From an uncultured Nitrospiraceae bacterium (GTDB lineage: Bacteria; Nitrospirota; Thermodesulfovibrionia; Thermodesulfovibrionales; Dissulfurispiraceae), in NCBI GenBank assembly GCA_964392915.1, contig CAYMRS010000006.1, forward strand, positions 14,756 to 78,755: a stretch of DNA of 64,000 nucleotides. The letters run 5' to 3'. Below the pieces are notes generated by a model that saw only the letters and a list, made by a program, of their open reading frames with translations, made no database searches and was not told the DNA's origin. Shown here piece by piece: positions 8,120 through 18,682 of this stretch (position 1 is its first letter; each line of letters starts with the position of its first letter). Position numbers and translations under genes: made by a program.

Positions 8120-9700
8120 ATGAAGAAAGTACTCATCAGTGACAACATCTCGTCCCGATGCGTCGAGATCCTGAAGAATGCAGGGCTTGAAGTCGACGTC
8201 AGGACCGGCCTGAAGCCTGAAGAATTGAAGTCGATTATCGGCGACTATGCCGGCCTCGTCATTCGCAGCGCCACCAAGGTGACCGCTGACCTTATTGATG
8301 CCGCCGCAAACCTCAGGGTTATCGGCCGCGCCGGGTCAGGGCTCGACAACGTGGACAAGGTTGCCGCGTCGAAAAAGGGAATCGTTGTCATGAATACGCC
8401 GGGCGGCAATACCGTCACGACAGCTGAGCACGCCATTGCCATGATGTTCGCCGCTGCTCGTAAAATCGCCCAAGCAAATGCCTCAATGGCGGCAGGCAAG
8501 TGGGAAAAGAAAAAGTTCATGGGCATCGAGCTTTACAATAAAACCCTCGGCATCATCGGCCTGGGAAAAATCGGCGGCGAGGTCGCAAAACGCGCACAGG
8601 GACTCGGCATGAACGTCATCGCGTATGATCCGTTTCTGAGCCAGGAAAAGGCAACGGAGATGGGCATCGCGAAAGGCGCGATTGCTGAAATCATGAAGCG
8701 CGCGGATTTCATCACGGTCCACACGCCGCTCACCGCTGAGACCAAGGGACTATTTAACGCGGAATCTCTCAGGACCTGCAAGAAGGGGGTTGTATTAATC
8801 AACTGCGCGCGCGGCGGCATCATCAATGAAAAAGATCTGCTTGATGCGCTGAACAGCGGGCAGGTCGGCGCGGCCGCTCTTGATGTTTATGAGATTGAGC
8901 CGCCGGTTGACAATCCGCTTGTCGGCCACGAAAACGTCGTCTGCACTCCGCACCTCGGCGCATCCACCGAAGAAGCGCAGGAGAATGTCGCGGTTGCGGT
9001 CGCCGAGCAGATTGTCGATTATCTTGTCTACGGCACCATCCGCAACGCAGTCAACTTCCCGTCGATTCCGGCGGATCAGGTTGCGACGCTGCAGCCGTGG
9101 ATCAACCTTGCGGATCTCATGGGCAGCTTTACCTGCCAGCTCTTCGAGGACGGCATTACAGAACTGACGGTCGAATACCGCGGCGATGTCTCCGCCCTGA
9201 ATTGTCAGCCCATAACGATTGCGGCGATCAAGGGATTGCTGAATCCGATCCTTCTTGAAACAGTCAACTTCGTGAATGCGCCGTTCATCGCCAAGGAGCG
9301 CGGCATTGAGGTCAAGGAAATGAAGAGCAAGGACTCCGGCGACTTTCAGTCCCTGATAGTGCTGAAGGTGAAGTCCGCGACAAAAGAACGGTCTGTTGAG
9401 GGCACACTCTTCAGCAAGAAGGATCCGCGTATCGTCAGAATCGACAAATACCCTGTGGAAATTCTGCCGGAAGGTCCGATGCTCGTCATGCAGAACAACG
9501 ACATGCCCGGCGTCATCGGCAACATCGGAACGACGCTCGGCAACGCTGGAATCAATATCGCCCGGATGCATTTCGGCAGGGAGAGCGCGGGCGGCAAGGC
9601 GCTTTCGATCGTAAACATCGACTCCCCGGCAACAGAAGCTGTGCTGGAGCAAATCAGAGCATTGCCGAACATTCTCCTGGTCAAAGCGATTATTGTATAG
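8120..9700 (+). CDS. serA: D-3-phosphoglycerate dehydrogenase SerA (long form with ACT domain)
   Basis: The translation MKKVLISD..., the NAD motif GIIGLGKIGGEVA and ..CTPHLGAST.. mark a roughly 526-aa long-form enzyme. The start at 8120 was chosen because AAGGAG lies about 9 nt upstream. Confidence 0.92.
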   Translation: MKKVLISDNISSRCVEILKNAGLEVDVRTGLKPEELKSIIGDYAGLVIRSATKVTADLIDAAANLRVIGRAGSGLDNVDKVAASKKGIVVMNTPGGNTVTTAEHAIAMMFAAARKIAQANASMAAGKWEKKKFMGIELYNKTLGIIGLGKIGGEVAKRAQGLGMNVIAYDPFLSQEKATEMGIAKGAIAEIMKRADFITVHTPLTAETKGLFNAESLRTCKKGVVLINCARGGIINEKDLLDALNSGQVGAAALDVYEIEPPVDNPLVGHENVVCTPHLGASTEEAQENVAVAVAEQIVDYLVYGTIRNAVNFPSIPADQVATLQPWINLADLMGSFTCQLFEDGITELTVEYRGDVSALNCQPITIAAIKGLLNPILLETVNFVNAPFIAKERGIEVKEMKSKDSGDFQSLIVLKVKSATKERSVEGTLFSKKDPRIVRIDKYPVEILPEGPMLVMQNNDMPGVIGNIGTTLGNAGINIARMHFGRESAGGKALSIVNIDSPATEAVLEQIRALPNILLVKAIIV

Positions 9701-9706
9701 GTATAG

Positions 9707-11071
<1,365 letters not shown>

Positions 11072-11112
11072 ACCCCCTTATGGGTGCTCGGGAATCAGTA
11101 ATGTGTCATTAA

Positions 11113-11140
11113 AAAGGCCGCCCTGAAACGGGCGGCCTTT
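11113..11140. terminator. bidirectional intrinsic terminator between convergent purA and serC
   Basis: An 11-bp stem pairs AAAGGCCGCCC with GGGCGGCCTTT around the loop TGAAAC. The A-run and T-run flank both sides. Confidence 0.7.
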
Positions 11141-11163
11141 GAGCGACTGGAGTTCATTCGAGA

Positions 11164-12315
11164 CTACTGACCGCTTACTTGCTCATACGCCCACTCAAGC
11201 CACTCAACGCAAAGCTTAACGTCAGCGGTAGCAACCGTCGGGCCGCACCAGATGCGGAATCCTGTGGGCGCCGCTTTATACGCATTAATATCGTATGCAA
11301 CGCCCTCGGAAGCAAGCAGCTTCTCAATCTTCTTTGCGATCGCCTTCTGGTCATCCGCCGAAAGCGCGGTGAACTTCGGATCAACCACCTTCAGGCAGAC
11401 CGAGGTGTTGGAGCGGATCGCCTTGTCTTCAGCAAGGAAGCCGAAGTATTTGCTGCCCGCGACCCATGCCTCAACCGCTGCAAGGCTGTCGTTGGAGATC
11501 TTCATCAGCCCTGCCAGGCCGCCCTGCTGTTCAGCCCACTTCAGCGCGCAGAGCCAGTCCTCAACGCAAAGCATCGACGGCGTGTTGATCGGCGAACCGG
11601 CAAAGATATCCTCATTGAGCTTGCCGCTCTTCTTCATGCGGAAGATCTTCGGCATCGGCCATGCCGGATCATAGCTCTCAAGACGCGCAACCGCGCGCGG
11701 AGACAGCACCATCATGCCGTGGCCGCCCTCGCCGCCGAGGCATTTCTGCCAGGAGAAGGTGAGCACATCGATCTTCGCCCACGGAATGTCCATCGCAAAG
11801 AGTGCGCTGGTGGCGTCGCAGAGCGTAATGCCCTTTCTGTCGTCCGGAATCCAGTCGCCGTCCGGAACCTTCACGCCCCCGGTCGTACCGTTCCAGGTGA
11901 AGACCACGTCATTGTCAAAGTTCACTTTCGAGAGATTCGGTAGCTGTCCATACGGTGCTTCATAGACCGTTGCGTTCAGCTTCAGCTGCTTGGTGATGTC
12001 CGTAGCCCAGTCCTTGCCGAAGCTTTCCCAACACAGCACATCTACCGGCAGCGGCCCCAGCAGCGACCACATGGCACACTCAAACGCGCCGGTGTCGGAC
12101 CCCGCAAAAATGCCGACCTTGTAGTCAGCCGGAATGCCGAGGAGCGGTCTGATATTGTCGCATGCCGCCTTCAGTTTCTCTTTGCCAACGGCTGCTCTGT
12201 GCGAGCGGCCCGGCAGGTAACCGCCAAGCTCCTGAAGCGACCATCCCGGATGCTTGGTGCAGGGACCGGAACTGAAATTCGGAACAGCAGGTTTCTGTGC
12301 AGGCTTTTCTTTCAT
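11164..12315 (-). CDS. serC: phosphoserine aminotransferase (long, about 380-aa form)
   Basis: 383-aa ORF with the N-terminus ..NFSSGPC.KHPGW.. and a PLP-lysine region [12 protein letters not shown]. Confidence 0.85.
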   Translation of the reverse strand: MKEKPAQKPAVPNFSSGPCTKHPGWSLQELGGYLPGRSHRAAVGKEKLKAACDNIRPLLGIPADYKVGIFAGSDTGAFECAMWSLLGPLPVDVLCWESFGKDWATDITKQLKLNATVYEAPYGQLPNLSKVNFDNDVVFTWNGTTGGVKVPDGDWIPDDRKGITLCDATSALFAMDIPWAKIDVLTFSWQKCLGGEGGHGMMVLSPRAVARLESYDPAWPMPKIFRMKKSGKLNEDIFAGSPINTPSMLCVEDWLCALKWAEQQGGLAGLMKISNDSLAAVEAWVAGSKYFGFLAEDKAIRSNTSVCLKVVDPKFTALSADDQKAIAKKIEKLLASEGVAYDINAYKAAPTGFRIWCGPTVATADVKLCVEWLEWAYEQVSGQ

Positions 12316-12573
12316 GACACAACTCCTTTATCCATGTTAGTTGACGAAATTTCTTTGTGCCTCATTCAGGAAGAGCGTAGTGAGGGCATCCTCTTGCAGT
12401 GTACACCCTTGCTGAGCGGCAAAAAGCAGATCAGGCTGAAATATCTAAGTTTCTCTTCAGCAGTGCACTCAAAAAAGGTGTCATTAGTATAAATCAAACC
12501 GGGGGGAGGATGTATAGTAGGTGATGCCGTTGTGAGCATCCAATAGCCGATTGTTTATCAATGAAAATCTCTC

Positions 12574-12602
12574 TTGTTGTATATTACCTAAGATGCTAAG
12601 AT
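12574..12602 (+). promoter_or_regulatory. candidate sigma70-type promoter upstream of hsdM
   Basis: TTGTTG (12574-12579), a 17-nt spacer, then TAAGAT (12597-12602), about 65 nt upstream of the hsdM GTG. This is pattern match only. Confidence 0.3.
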
Positions 12603-12668
12603 GAGCGATCACCGAAAATAATCAGAGCAGCATGTCCCGATAGCACAGACATATGCGGAGAGAGAGAC

Positions 12669-15224
12669 GTGGCTCAACTAGAACATATCGAAGCCATTGA
12701 AAAACGGCTGTGGAGCGCAGCGGACACGCTGCGGGCAAACTCCAACTACGCCAGCAACGAATATTTCCTGCCTGTAATGGGCCTCGTTTTTCTGCGCCAT
12801 GCATACAGCCGCTTTCTCTCAGTCAAGGACGACATCGAGGCTGACCTGCCGACACGCGGCGGCAAAACCCGTCAGCTGACCAAGGAAGACTTCTCGCAGA
12901 AGAGTGCTATTTTCCTGCAGCCCAAGGCCCAGTTCGACGCGCTTGTAGCCTTGCCCGACAGCGCGGACCGCGCAAAGGCTATCATCGAAGCCATGGAGTC
13001 CATCGAGTCTGACTACGAAGGCCTGCGTGGTGTTCTGCCCAAGAGTGAATATCAGGAGCTCGATAATGCCGTACTCGGCCAGCTCCTGCGCACGCTCAAT
13101 CCGGAAGAACTCAAGCGCATCTCTGGTGACGTTTTCGGTCGCATCTACGAATATTTTTTAACCCAATTTGCCGACCAGAAAGCCCACGACGGAGGCGAAT
13201 TCTTCACCCCGGTTTCCCTGGTCTCGCTTATTGCCAATGTCATAGAACCGACCGCTGGGGCGGTGCTTGACCCGGCCTGCGGCTCGGGCGGCATGTTTGT
13301 GCAGAGCGCCCGCGTAGTCGAGCGGAGACACGAGAACCCGACCGAAAAGCTCACCTTCTACGGGCTGGAAAAGAACGCCACCACTATCCGGCTGGCCAAG
13401 ATGAACCTCGCGGTGCACGGTCTCGAAGGCGACATCCAGAAGTCCATCACCTATTACGAAGACCCGCACGAACTCCTGCGGAAGGCAGACTTTGTCATGG
13501 CCAATCCGCCCTTCAATGTAGACGAGATCGACGCCGACAAGGTCAAGAACGACCCGCGCCTTCCCTTCGGCCTGCCGGGCGTCAACAAGAAGGGCAAGGT
13601 CAGCAACGGCAACTATATCTGGATCAGCTATTTCTACAGCTACCTGAACGAACAGGGCCGCGCCGGGTTCGTCATGTCGTCACAGGCGTCCAGTGCCGGG
13701 CGCGATGAGGCAGCGGTCCGCCAAAAACTGGTCGAGACCGGCGATGTGGATATCATGATCGCCATCCGCTCCAACTTCTTTTACACCCGCACGGTTCCCT
13801 GCGAACTCTGGTTCATTGATCGAGACAAGCCCGATCAACCCTCATCCCCGGCCCTTCTCCCAACGGGAGAAGGGAGAAATTACCGGGGAGGATATGACTT
13901 TGCCGGATTGGTTGACCGGACTCGTGAGTTGCGGAAGAAACAGACTCCGGCGGAACAGATACTGTGGGAGATTCTGCGTGACCGGCAGTTTGCGGGATTG
14001 AAGTTTCGTCGACAGCATCAGTTTGGCGACTATGTCCTCGACTTCTTCTGTCATGAAGTGAAACTTGTGGTGGAACTCGATGGAGCGGTTCATGAACACC
14101 GCACAGAAAAAGATGCAAAGCGAGATGCATATCTGAAATCTCAGGGCATGCAGGTTCTCCGCATTTCCAATAAGACCCTCGTTAAAGATACCGCTTCGGT
14201 TTTGGCGCAAATAACTGCACTGCTCCCTTCGCCCATTGGGAGAGGGGCTGGGGGTGAGGGTCAGAACATTGTCCAACGACATAAGGAAAATGTTCTGATG
14301 ATCGATGCCCGCAATGTTTATCGAAAAATCACCCGGAAGATTTACGATTTCAGCCCCGAGCAGGAGCAAAACATCCTGGCCATCGTCTGGCTCTACCGGG
14401 GCGAGACCGGACGCTATCTCGACCTTGTGGCAGGTTATTGCACCCGCATGCTGGCCGAGGGCGCCGCGTGCTTTTCGGCTCAGGACAGAGATGGCGTGCA
14501 GACCAAACCGCTGCCTGCTTTCATCGGAGCATTGGCAGCATTGCACGGCGCTGTTGAGCCGTTTCTCAAGACGTTGGACAAAAACGCACCCCACGCTGAG
14601 GCCCTTAGGGAGCTGGACGAAGCTGTACCTATATTCAAGGCTGACGTGGAAGCATTTCACAAGAGCGTTGCCGACCAGCAGGCAGCATGGAAAAAACAGA
14701 AGACAACCAATGGCGAACTGAAGAAAGCAGTTGACCGGCTTGCGCCGATGGCCGAGACGAGCCGCGACCTCGTCAAGCAGACCGATCTGCTCTACAAACT
14801 CGCCTGCCGACTTGTCGAAATCTGCGAAAACGAATGCGCCGCCCGCGACAGCGACACGTGGTCGAGCCGTGAAATCACCCGTACCCGCAAGGCTGCCGAC
14901 GAAGCCCGCGCTCAGACAGTGGAGCAGCTCAAGCAGGTGCGCTACTTCTGGAAACAGGCTCACTGGCTCACCGAGCGCTTCCCCGACGCCAGGCTGCGCG
15001 ATGTGAAAGGGCTCGTCAAGCTTGTGAACCGGGCCGAGATCGAGGCCAACGACTGGAGCCTCACGCCCGGCCGCTATGTTGGTGTTGCGCCCGAAGAGGC
15101 GGACGAGGATTTCGACTTTGAAGAAACGCTCCGCAATATCCATGTTGAGCTTGAAGACCTGAACGCCGAGGCCGTGCAACTGGCAGCGACGATCAGGAAG
15201 AACTTCGAGGAATTGGGAATATGA
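12669..15224 (+). CDS. hsdM: type I restriction-modification DNA methyltransferase subunit M (long form) with an in-frame DUF559 endonuclease-like insertion
   Basis: 851-aa ORF with a GTG start preceded by GGAGAGAGAG. It has an HsdM N-terminal domain, SAM motif I DPACGSGGM (13269-13295), motif IV NPPF (13503-13514) and a C-terminal ..NDWSLTPGRYVG... Residues about 390-531 are a foreign module, listed separately. Confidence 0.93.
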   Translation: MAQLEHIEAIEKRLWSAADTLRANSNYASNEYFLPVMGLVFLRHAYSRFLSVKDDIEADLPTRGGKTRQLTKEDFSQKSAIFLQPKAQFDALVALPDSADRAKAIIEAMESIESDYEGLRGVLPKSEYQELDNAVLGQLLRTLNPEELKRISGDVFGRIYEYFLTQFADQKAHDGGEFFTPVSLVSLIANVIEPTAGAVLDPACGSGGMFVQSARVVERRHENPTEKLTFYGLEKNATTIRLAKMNLAVHGLEGDIQKSITYYEDPHELLRKADFVMANPPFNVDEIDADKVKNDPRLPFGLPGVNKKGKVSNGNYIWISYFYSYLNEQGRAGFVMSSQASSAGRDEAAVRQKLVETGDVDIMIAIRSNFFYTRTVPCELWFIDRDKPDQPSSPALLPTGEGRNYRGGYDFAGLVDRTRELRKKQTPAEQILWEILRDRQFAGLKFRRQHQFGDYVLDFFCHEVKLVVELDGAVHEHRTEKDAKRDAYLKSQGMQVLRISNKTLVKDTASVLAQITALLPSPIGRGAGGEGQNIVQRHKENVLMIDARNVYRKITRKIYDFSPEQEQNILAIVWLYRGETGRYLDLVAGYCTRMLAEGAACFSAQDRDGVQTKPLPAFIGALAALHGAVEPFLKTLDKNAPHAEALRELDEAVPIFKADVEAFHKSVADQQAAWKKQKTTNGELKKAVDRLAPMAETSRDLVKQTDLLYKLACRLVEICENECAARDSDTWSSREITRTRKAADEARAQTVEQLKQVRYFWKQAHWLTERFPDARLRDVKGLVKLVNRAEIEANDWSLTPGRYVGVAPEEADEDFDFEETLRNIHVELEDLNAEAVQLAATIRKNFEELGI
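13838..14261 (+). mobile_element. DUF559 (Vsr-like endonuclease fold) module bounded by imperfect 23-bp inverted repeats, read in frame with hsdM
   Basis: ACCCTCATCCCCGGCCCTTCTCC (13838-13860) matches the reverse complement of 14239-14261 (ACCCTCACCCCCAGCCCCTCTCC) at 20 of 23 positions. The interior encodes RELRKKQTPAEQILWEILRDRQFAGLKFRRQHQFGDYVLDFFCHEVKLVVELDGAVHEHR..DAKRDAYLKSQGMQVLRISNK, the DUF559 signature. Confidence 0.75.
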
Positions 15225-16279
15225 CGGGAAAAAAGAAGGCGCCCAGCATGATCAATCCGCCGGCCGGAGCAGTGCCGGCAGCCTACGCATCGGCGTTTGC
15301 AGAGATTAAGGAGCGTGTTCGCACCGCCCAGTATGCCGCCCTGAGATCGGTCAATAAACGACTGGTCGGGCTCTACTGGGACATCGGGCGCATTATCCTC
15401 GAACGCCAGGCAACAGAAGGCTGGGGTAAATCCGTAGTCGAGCGCCTGTCTGCCGATCTGCAGCGGGAATTCCCCGGAACAGGCGGTTTCTCAGCTTCCA
15501 ACGTCTGGCGTATGAAGGCTTTCTATGAGGGCTATTGTTCGTCAGAAAAACTCGCACCACTGGTGCGAGAAATTGCATGGAGTCATAATGTGGTCATTTT
15601 GGAGCGATGCTCCGATCTCCTTGAACGCGAATTCTACCTGCGCATGACCCGCAAGTTCGGCTGGTCGAAAAACGTGCTCATCCATCAGATCGAAAACCAG
15701 AGTTATGAGAAAAGTCTGCTGGGCCAGACCAATTTCGACAAGGCACTTACCCCGGAGTTGCGCAGCCGGGCAAAGCTCGCCGTCAGGGACGAATATACCT
15801 TCGACTTTCTGGAACTGGGCGAAAGACACTCTGAGCGCGAACTGGAGCGTGCACTGATCGGCCGTATCGAGGATTTCCTCCGTGCCATGGGCGGCATGTT
15901 CGCGTTTGTGGGCAGCCAGTTCAGGCTGGAGGTTGCGGGTAAGGAGTACTTCATTGACCTGCTGCTGTTCCATCGAAAACTAAAGTGCCTGGTTGCCATA
16001 GAGCTCAAGATCGGCGAGTTCGAGCCCGAGTTCGTCGGCAAAATGCAGTTCTACCTCGCCGCGCTGGACAAGCTGGTGCGCATGGAGGGCGAAAACCCGG
16101 CAATTGGCATCATTCTCTGCAAGGAGAAAAACCGCACCATCGTTGAATACGCTCTCATGCCTGCCGACAAGCCCATCGGCGTGGCAACCTATGACATCGT
16201 CAAGCGCCTGCCCAAGGCGCTCAAGGGTCAGCTCCCCAGCCCCGAACAAATCGCCAGAATACTGGAGGACGGGGTATGA
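15221..16279 (+). CDS. YhcG-family PD-(D/E)xK nuclease domain protein (DUF1016)
   Basis: 352-aa ORF with an ATGA overlap onto the hsdM stop. It is YhcG-like over its full length (..LVGLYWDIGRIILERQ..GWGKSVVERLSADLQREFPG..GFS..NVWRMKAFY..). The C-terminal core FIDLLLFHRKLKCLVAIELKIGEF is a D...E-x-K motif. Confidence 0.85.
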   Translation: MTGKKKAPSMINPPAGAVPAAYASAFAEIKERVRTAQYAALRSVNKRLVGLYWDIGRIILERQATEGWGKSVVERLSADLQREFPGTGGFSASNVWRMKAFYEGYCSSEKLAPLVREIAWSHNVVILERCSDLLEREFYLRMTRKFGWSKNVLIHQIENQSYEKSLLGQTNFDKALTPELRSRAKLAVRDEYTFDFLELGERHSERELERALIGRIEDFLRAMGGMFAFVGSQFRLEVAGKEYFIDLLLFHRKLKCLVAIELKIGEFEPEFVGKMQFYLAALDKLVRMEGENPAIGIILCKEKNRTIVEYALMPADKPIGVATYDIVKRLPKALKGQLPSPEQIARILEDGV

Positions 16280-17472
16280 ACTGGGAGACCAAGAAACTTG
16301 AAGCTGTCGCAGATTTCAGTCTTGGGAAAATGCTTGACCAGAAAAAGAATCGTGGCGAACCACTACCTTATCTTGCAAATGTCAACGTTCGCTGGGGGGA
16401 ATTCGCTCTGGCCGATCTGAGGGAGATGCGGTTCGAGCAACATGAGTTGGACCGCTATGGTCTTAAATATGGCGATATCGTAATGTGCGAAGGTGGAGAA
16501 CCGGGGCGATGTGCGATTTGGAAAGAGCAGTGCGCCAGCATGATGATCCAGAAAGCACTTCACCGGATTCGGCCACACGATTGTTTGCGGCCAGAGTTTC
16601 TCTACTACTTTTTTCTCTACAAAGGTCGAACTGGTCATCTGGCGTCACTTTTCACTGGTTCGACTATCAAGCACCTTCCACGTGAAAAGCTTGCGCTGGT
16701 TGAAGTGCCAGTGCCGCCCCACTCTACCCAGGCCCAAATCGCTTCGGTCCTCTCCGCCTACGACGACCTGATCGAGAACAACCGGCGGCGGATTCAGTTG
16801 CTGGAGCAGGCGGCGCGGCTGCTCTACAAGGAATGGTTTGTCCACCTCCGCTTCCCCGGCCACGAACACACCAAAATCATCGACGGCGTGCCTGAGGGGT
16901 GGGAAAAGAAAGCCGCCTTTGAGGTTATGGATGTTCTCAGTGGCGGTACACCCAAGACAACGAATCTGTCCTATTGGTACGGGGATATTCCATTTTTCAC
17001 CCCAAAGGACGCGACCGATTTTGCATATGTGCATGACACTGAGAAATCCATCACCGAGGCCGGATTAAAGAACTGCAACAGCAATCTTTATCTAAAGGAT
17101 ACCGTATTCATCACTGCTCGAGGAACGGTTGGCAAGATCAATCTCGCCCAATGCCCCATGGCAATGAACCAGTCCTGTTATGCGCTCGTTGCTCACCCAC
17201 CGCTAAATCAGCAGTTTCTGTATTTTGCCTTGGTGGACGGAGTAGAACAATTTCGTAGCCGGGCTGTCGGTGCGGTATTCGATGCGATCGTTCGGGATAC
17301 ATTCAAGCTGATTCCTTTCGTCGTGCCAGACGAAAAGCTGATTACAGCTTTTATGGAGCACGTATCCCCAATGCTTGCTCAGATTGATAACCTTGCTGGG
17401 CAGGTTCGAAGCCTACGAAAAGCCCGCGATCTTCTTCTGCCCAAACTGATGAACGGGGAGGTGGCGGTATGA
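16276..17472 (+). CDS. hsdS: type I restriction-modification specificity subunit S
   Basis: 398-aa ORF with an ATGA overlap onto the upstream stop. It has two target-recognition halves, each followed by a conserved helix (..DDLIENNRRRIQLLEQAARLLYKEWFV.. and ..LRKARDLLLPKLMNGEV). Confidence 0.9.
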   Translation: MNWETKKLEAVADFSLGKMLDQKKNRGEPLPYLANVNVRWGEFALADLREMRFEQHELDRYGLKYGDIVMCEGGEPGRCAIWKEQCASMMIQKALHRIRPHDCLRPEFLYYFFLYKGRTGHLASLFTGSTIKHLPREKLALVEVPVPPHSTQAQIASVLSAYDDLIENNRRRIQLLEQAARLLYKEWFVHLRFPGHEHTKIIDGVPEGWEKKAAFEVMDVLSGGTPKTTNLSYWYGDIPFFTPKDATDFAYVHDTEKSITEAGLKNCNSNLYLKDTVFITARGTVGKINLAQCPMAMNQSCYALVAHPPLNQQFLYFALVDGVEQFRSRAVGAVFDAIVRDTFKLIPFVVPDEKLITAFMEHVSPMLAQIDNLAGQVRSLRKARDLLLPKLMNGEVAV

Positions 17473-17657
17473 ACCTGAAATCACTTCCCTCCCAGATCGC
17501 CCTCGGCGAAGACTCTACCCGCCAGTTCAAGGCAGATGTGAAGAGCGCCGACTCCCAGGCTATGGAAATGGCGGTCTTTGTCAAAACGGGCGGCATGGTT
17601 TTATCAGGTCACGTTGACCCGATACGTGACCTTTTAAGCATGGAGGCAGCGGCATGA
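17469..17657 (+). pseudogene. N-terminal stub of an AlbA_2 (Schlafen-like) ATP-binding/DNA-binding protein
   Basis: 62-aa ORF. SQIALGEDSTRQFKADVKSADSQAMEMAVFVKTGG matches the start of AlbA_2-domain proteins (..GE....EFK.......L..E..AF.N..GG), after which similarity stops. It has ATGA overlaps on both sides. Confidence 0.55.
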
Positions 17658-18682
17658 ATGATTCCGAAATTCTTATTTATCAAGCCGCCGACGGCAAAAT
17701 CAAAATCGATGTCCGGCTGGAAGACGAGACGGTCTGGCTGACCCAGGACCACATGGCTGGGCTGTTCGGTAAAAGCAAGAAGACTATTTCCGAGCACATC
17801 CGCAATATTTTCAGTGAAGGCGAACTGGTCGAGGAAGTGGTTGTCCGGAATTTCCGGACAACCACTCGACATGGCGCCATGCCTGACAAAACCCAGTCCA
17901 GAGACGTTCAATTTTACAACCTGGACGTGATCATCTCCGTTGGTTACCGGGTCAGGTCCCACCAAGGCACGCAGTTTCGCATCTGGGCCACACAGCGGCT
18001 GAAGGAGTACATCGTCAAGGGCTTCGCCCTGAACGATGAGCGCTTCAAAACGGGCAACTCGATGGCCTATTTCACGGAACTGCAGGAACGCATCCGTGAA
18101 ATCCGTCTTTCCGAGCGCTTTTTCTATCAGAAAATCAAGGATATCTATACCACCAGCATCGACTGCGACCCCAGGGACGAAAAGACCATCGAGTTTTTCA
18201 AGGTGGTTCAGAACAAACTCCTCTGGGCTATCAGCCGGCAAACGGCGGCGGAACTGGTGTATCGCCGGGCGGACGCCGCGCTACCCTTGATGGGTATGCA
18301 ATCGTTCGATAAGCAAGGTGATCTGGCGGTACGTAAAAGCGATGCGAGCATCGCCAAGAACTACCTCGCCGAGGACGAAATGAAGCTGCTCGGCCTGCTG
18401 GTGGAACAATACCTGGCCTTCGCCGAAACCATGGCCCAGCAGAGAATTCCCATGCACATGGCAGACTGGATTCAACGGCTGGACGCCATTATTCAGCTTA
18501 ATGGGCGGGAGTTGTTGACCCATGCAGGCAAAATCAGCCAACAGATGGCCCAGGAAAAAGCCGATCTGGAATATGACAAGTTCCGGGAAACGCAGCGGCG
18601 CTTCCAGCATGAAGAGAGCCTCAAGGAACTGGAAGAGGATATTGAAAAGATAAAGCCGCCTCAGGGAAAGGGAGGCAATTGA
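17654..18682 (+). CDS. RhuM-family (virulence protein RhuM / Fic-DOC-related) protein
   Basis: 342-aa ORF. IYQAADGKIKIDVRLEDETVWLTQDHMAGLFGKSKKTISEHIRNIF..GEL, ..FYNLDVIISVGYRVRSHQGTQFRIWATQRLKEYIVKGF.LNDERF.. is the characteristic RhuM sequence. Confidence 0.88.
   Translation: MNDSEILIYQAADGKIKIDVRLEDETVWLTQDHMAGLFGKSKKTISEHIRNIFSEGELVEEVVVRNFRTTTRHGAMPDKTQSRDVQFYNLDVIISVGYRVRSHQGTQFRIWATQRLKEYIVKGFALNDERFKTGNSMAYFTELQERIREIRLSERFFYQKIKDIYTTSIDCDPRDEKTIEFFKVVQNKLLWAISRQTAAELVYRRADAALPLMGMQSFDKQGDLAVRKSDASIAKNYLAEDEMKLLGLLVEQYLAFAETMAQQRIPMHMADWIQRLDAIIQLNGRELLTHAGKISQQMAQEKADLEYDKFRETQRRFQHEESLKELEEDIEKIKPPQGKGGN

Noticed and set aside
12480-12668. Mini-ORFs upstream of hsdM (for example MKISLVVYYLRC at about 12561) as a possible controller or leader peptide of the R-M operon.
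   Set aside because: They are too short, lack convincing ribosome-binding sites, and have no helix-turn-helix C-protein-like sequence.
16674-16689. parS-like sequence CCTTCCACGTGAAAAG inside hsdS, and a similar GTTTTCACGTGATTCA at 53282-53297 in folC.
   Set aside because: Each matches the parS consensus at only 12 of 16 positions, with mismatches in the outer arms, and lies inside a coding region. These are probably chance CACGTG cores.
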